Below, in pieces: positions 36,700-38,614 of a stretch of DNA of 38,614 bases; position 1 is the first letter of the stretch; the number at the start of each line of letters is the position of its first letter. Under the pieces are notes generated by a model that saw nothing but the letters and a program-made list of their open reading frames with translations, was not told the DNA's origin and searched no databases. Made by a program: the position numbers and the translations under genes. This DNA is from a virus (lineage: Duplodnaviria > Heunggongvirae > Uroviricota > Caudoviricetes): IMG/VR virus record IMGVR_UViG_2554235189_000017, positions 1 through 38,614 of that record; one strand, written 5' to 3'.

Positions 36700-37355
36700 A
36701 CCTATATCAACGCATCAATGGCGCTGACTGGTGCAATATCTTCGTCGTCGGCGATCTGCATGGGTGCTACACGCTGCTGATGAACGAACTCGACAAAGTT
36801 TCATTCGACCCGGCGCGCGATTTGCTTATTTCCGTTGGTGACCTTGTTGACCGCGGCGCTGAAAACGTCGAATGCCTGGATTTGATTACTATGCCGTGGT
36901 TCCGAGCTGTTCGTGGCAACCATGAGCAGATGATGCTGGATGCACTGGTCAACGGCGGAAGTTTCGGACATTGGATGTCAAACGGCGGTGGATGGTGGCA
37001 CCAACTTGATTCTGAGCAGGATGTGCAACTCAAATACCTTCTGCCAAAGGTTACCAACCTCCCGATGATTATCGAACTGGTTACCGGCAATAAGAAGGTC
37101 GTCATCTGCCACGCAGACTACCCGCACAACGAATACGCATTCGATAAGCCAGTACCGGAAGAAATGGTGATATGGAATCGTGAGCGGGTTAGCGACGCGC
37201 AGGACGGTATTGTCTCGGAGATAACCGGTGCCGATTTGTTCATCTTCGGTCATACGCCAGCACATCACCCACTGGTGTATGCAAACCAAATGTACATCGA
37301 TACCGGCGCAGTGTTCTGCGGAAATCTGACGCTTACCAAAGTCCAGGAAGGATAG
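36696..37355 (+). CDS. Ser/Thr protein phosphatase (calcineurin-like, lambda PPase family)
   Basis: GDLHG, GDLVDRG and GNHE metallophosphatase motifs; ATGA overlap with the methyltransferase gene. Confidence 0.8.
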   Translation: MNLYQRINGADWCNIFVVGDLHGCYTLLMNELDKVSFDPARDLLISVGDLVDRGAENVECLDLITMPWFRAVRGNHEQMMLDALVNGGSFGHWMSNGGGWWHQLDSEQDVQLKYLLPKVTNLPMIIELVTGNKKVVICHADYPHNEYAFDKPVPEEMVIWNRERVSDAQDGIVSEITGADLFIFGHTPAHHPLVYANQMYIDTGAVFCGNLTLTKVQEG

Positions 37356-37357
37356 AA

Positions 37358-38614
37358 TTATTTATTACTGTCTTCCATCCACTTCTCAAACTTCGACGGG
37401 GAGAACGGAATCAGATCCGTATGCTCCCCGTTAATCCAGGAATCAATCATATCGGCCCACTGCTGCAACATGTAGGCGCGCTGTCTGGCGTATTCCGCTT
37501 TGTTATATACGGCGCGCACACCTTTCTGCTCATGTGCCAGAGCCTTTTCAATCCAGTCTGAAGGATAACCAGCCTCATGCAACAACGTACTGGCTGTACG
37601 GCGCATATCGTGTACGGTGAAGCCCTGAATATGCTCACCATCTTCATTTATTATTTTCACCGTTCTGTCGATCAGAGAGTTCAGCGCGGCATTAGATAAT
37701 GGCTTCCGGAAATTGTAACGACCAGGAACCAGATATCCACTTCCACCAGCGCACATCTGCAACCCGATCAATATATCCTGAGCCTGTTTAGGCAGGTAAA
37801 TAATGTGCGCCCGGCTTCCCTTCATGCGGTCTGAAGGAATTGTCCATGTCCATTTTTTAAAATCTATTTCATCCCACGTTGCATTGGTGAATTCGCCTTT
37901 ACGAACCATAGTGATAAGCACCAGCTTTAAAGCCATTTTCATAGTGCCCATAGCACCAATGGCATCCAACGTGCGGAAGAACAGGCCAATTTCTTCTGGT
38001 GTCAGTGTTCGCTCTCGTGGTTTAAATATGGCGATAGACGAAGGTTTAATGTCAGCTGCAGGATTAAACAAACCATGACCACGGTCATTGGCGTGACGGT
38101 ATACGCTGCTGATGATCTCCCTGGCCTGCACTGCTGTTGCCCGGCCACCGCGTTCGACAATCCGGTCACACAAATCACGAACCATCGATGTGGTAATTTC
38201 AGCCATCATTTTGTTGCCAAGAACCGGAAGTATGTCACGGTCGATCACCGCCTGTTTCATTGCCCGGGTACTGTCAGCCAGAATGACGTGCTTCAAATAG
38301 CTGTCGGTATGTACCGCGAATGTCTCAGCCCCACGGATCTTTTTGATACCGTCACGTTTAGCCGCAGCAGGCGACTGGCCTGCCTTTAACAGCTTTTTTG
38401 CAGCAATGAGTTCTTCGCGTGCTTCCGCCAGGCTGATACCGTCACGACCATACTGACCAATGACCAGCGTTTCCCGTCGTCCGTTAATGCGGTAGTCGTA
38501 CCGGAACGAGACAGAGCCGGAGGTAAGAACAGCGACATACAGCCCGTCACGATCGGAGACCTTGTACAGTTTGTCCTGCGGCTTGAGGTTTTTTAATTTT
38601 GTATCGGTAAGCAC
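37358..38614 (-). CDS. int: Tyrosine integrase (P4-like); start at or just beyond window end
   Basis: 418 aa; N-terminus LTDTKLKNLKP typical of P4-type integrases; HDMRRTAST box in C-terminal catalytic region. Confidence 0.8.
   Translation of the reverse strand: MLTDTKLKNLKPQDKLYKVSDRDGLYVAVLTSGSVSFRYDYRINGRRETLVIGQYGRDGISLAEAREELIAAKKLLKAGQSPAAAKRDGIKKIRGAETFAVHTDSYLKHVILADSTRAMKQAVIDRDILPVLGNKMMAEITTSMVRDLCDRIVERGGRATAVQAREIISSVYRHANDRGHGLFNPAADIKPSSIAIFKPRERTLTPEEIGLFFRTLDAIGAMGTMKMALKLVLITMVRKGEFTNATWDEIDFKKWTWTIPSDRMKGSRAHIIYLPKQAQDILIGLQMCAGGSGYLVPGRYNFRKPLSNAALNSLIDRTVKIINEDGEHIQGFTVHDMRRTASTLLHEAGYPSDWIEKALAHEQKGVRAVYNKAEYARQRAYMLQQWADMIDSWINGEHTDLIPFSPSKFEKWMEDSNK

Noticed and set aside
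1-38614. CRISPR array, rRNA genes, integron features
   Set aside because: No direct-repeat/spacer arrays or rRNA-like segments seen; the only tandem repeats are the iterons inside the O-like gene.

Overview
The window is almost entirely one temperate prophage, with podovirus-like (T7/epsilon15-type) morphogenesis genes and a lambdoid-style control, replication and recombination module. Minus-strand late genes run terS-terL-portal-scaffold-capsid-tubular A/B-internal virion proteins (25163 down to 6030), with a separate tailspike carrying an SGNH esterase domain (2988-559). The immunity region has a Cro-like gene, a two-HTH CI-like repressor with no recognisable autocleavage domain, O (with ori iterons), P and a nin-like block. 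An early-left operon carries YqaJ-like exonuclease, RecT, AlpA-like Xis, an MT-A70 methyltransferase and a Ser/Thr phosphatase, ending in a P4-like integrase at the right edge. An IS3-family element at the left edge replaces the 3' end of the tailspike gene. Cargo: a LexA-box-controlled Tum-like/Bro-N antirepressor pair; an AT-rich two-gene operon of unknown function; a signal-peptide micro-protein; and, between terL and portal, a promoter-leader-tRNA-Arg(UCU)-double terminator-DUF2829 (Tad2-like) cassette. Two over-represented palindromes stand out: TTACC-N5-GGTAA at about 12 intergenic sites and GTGACATGTCAC at three gene ends. No holin/endolysin cassette was recognised. All calls rest on reading the sequence and remembered family signatures; no database search was run.
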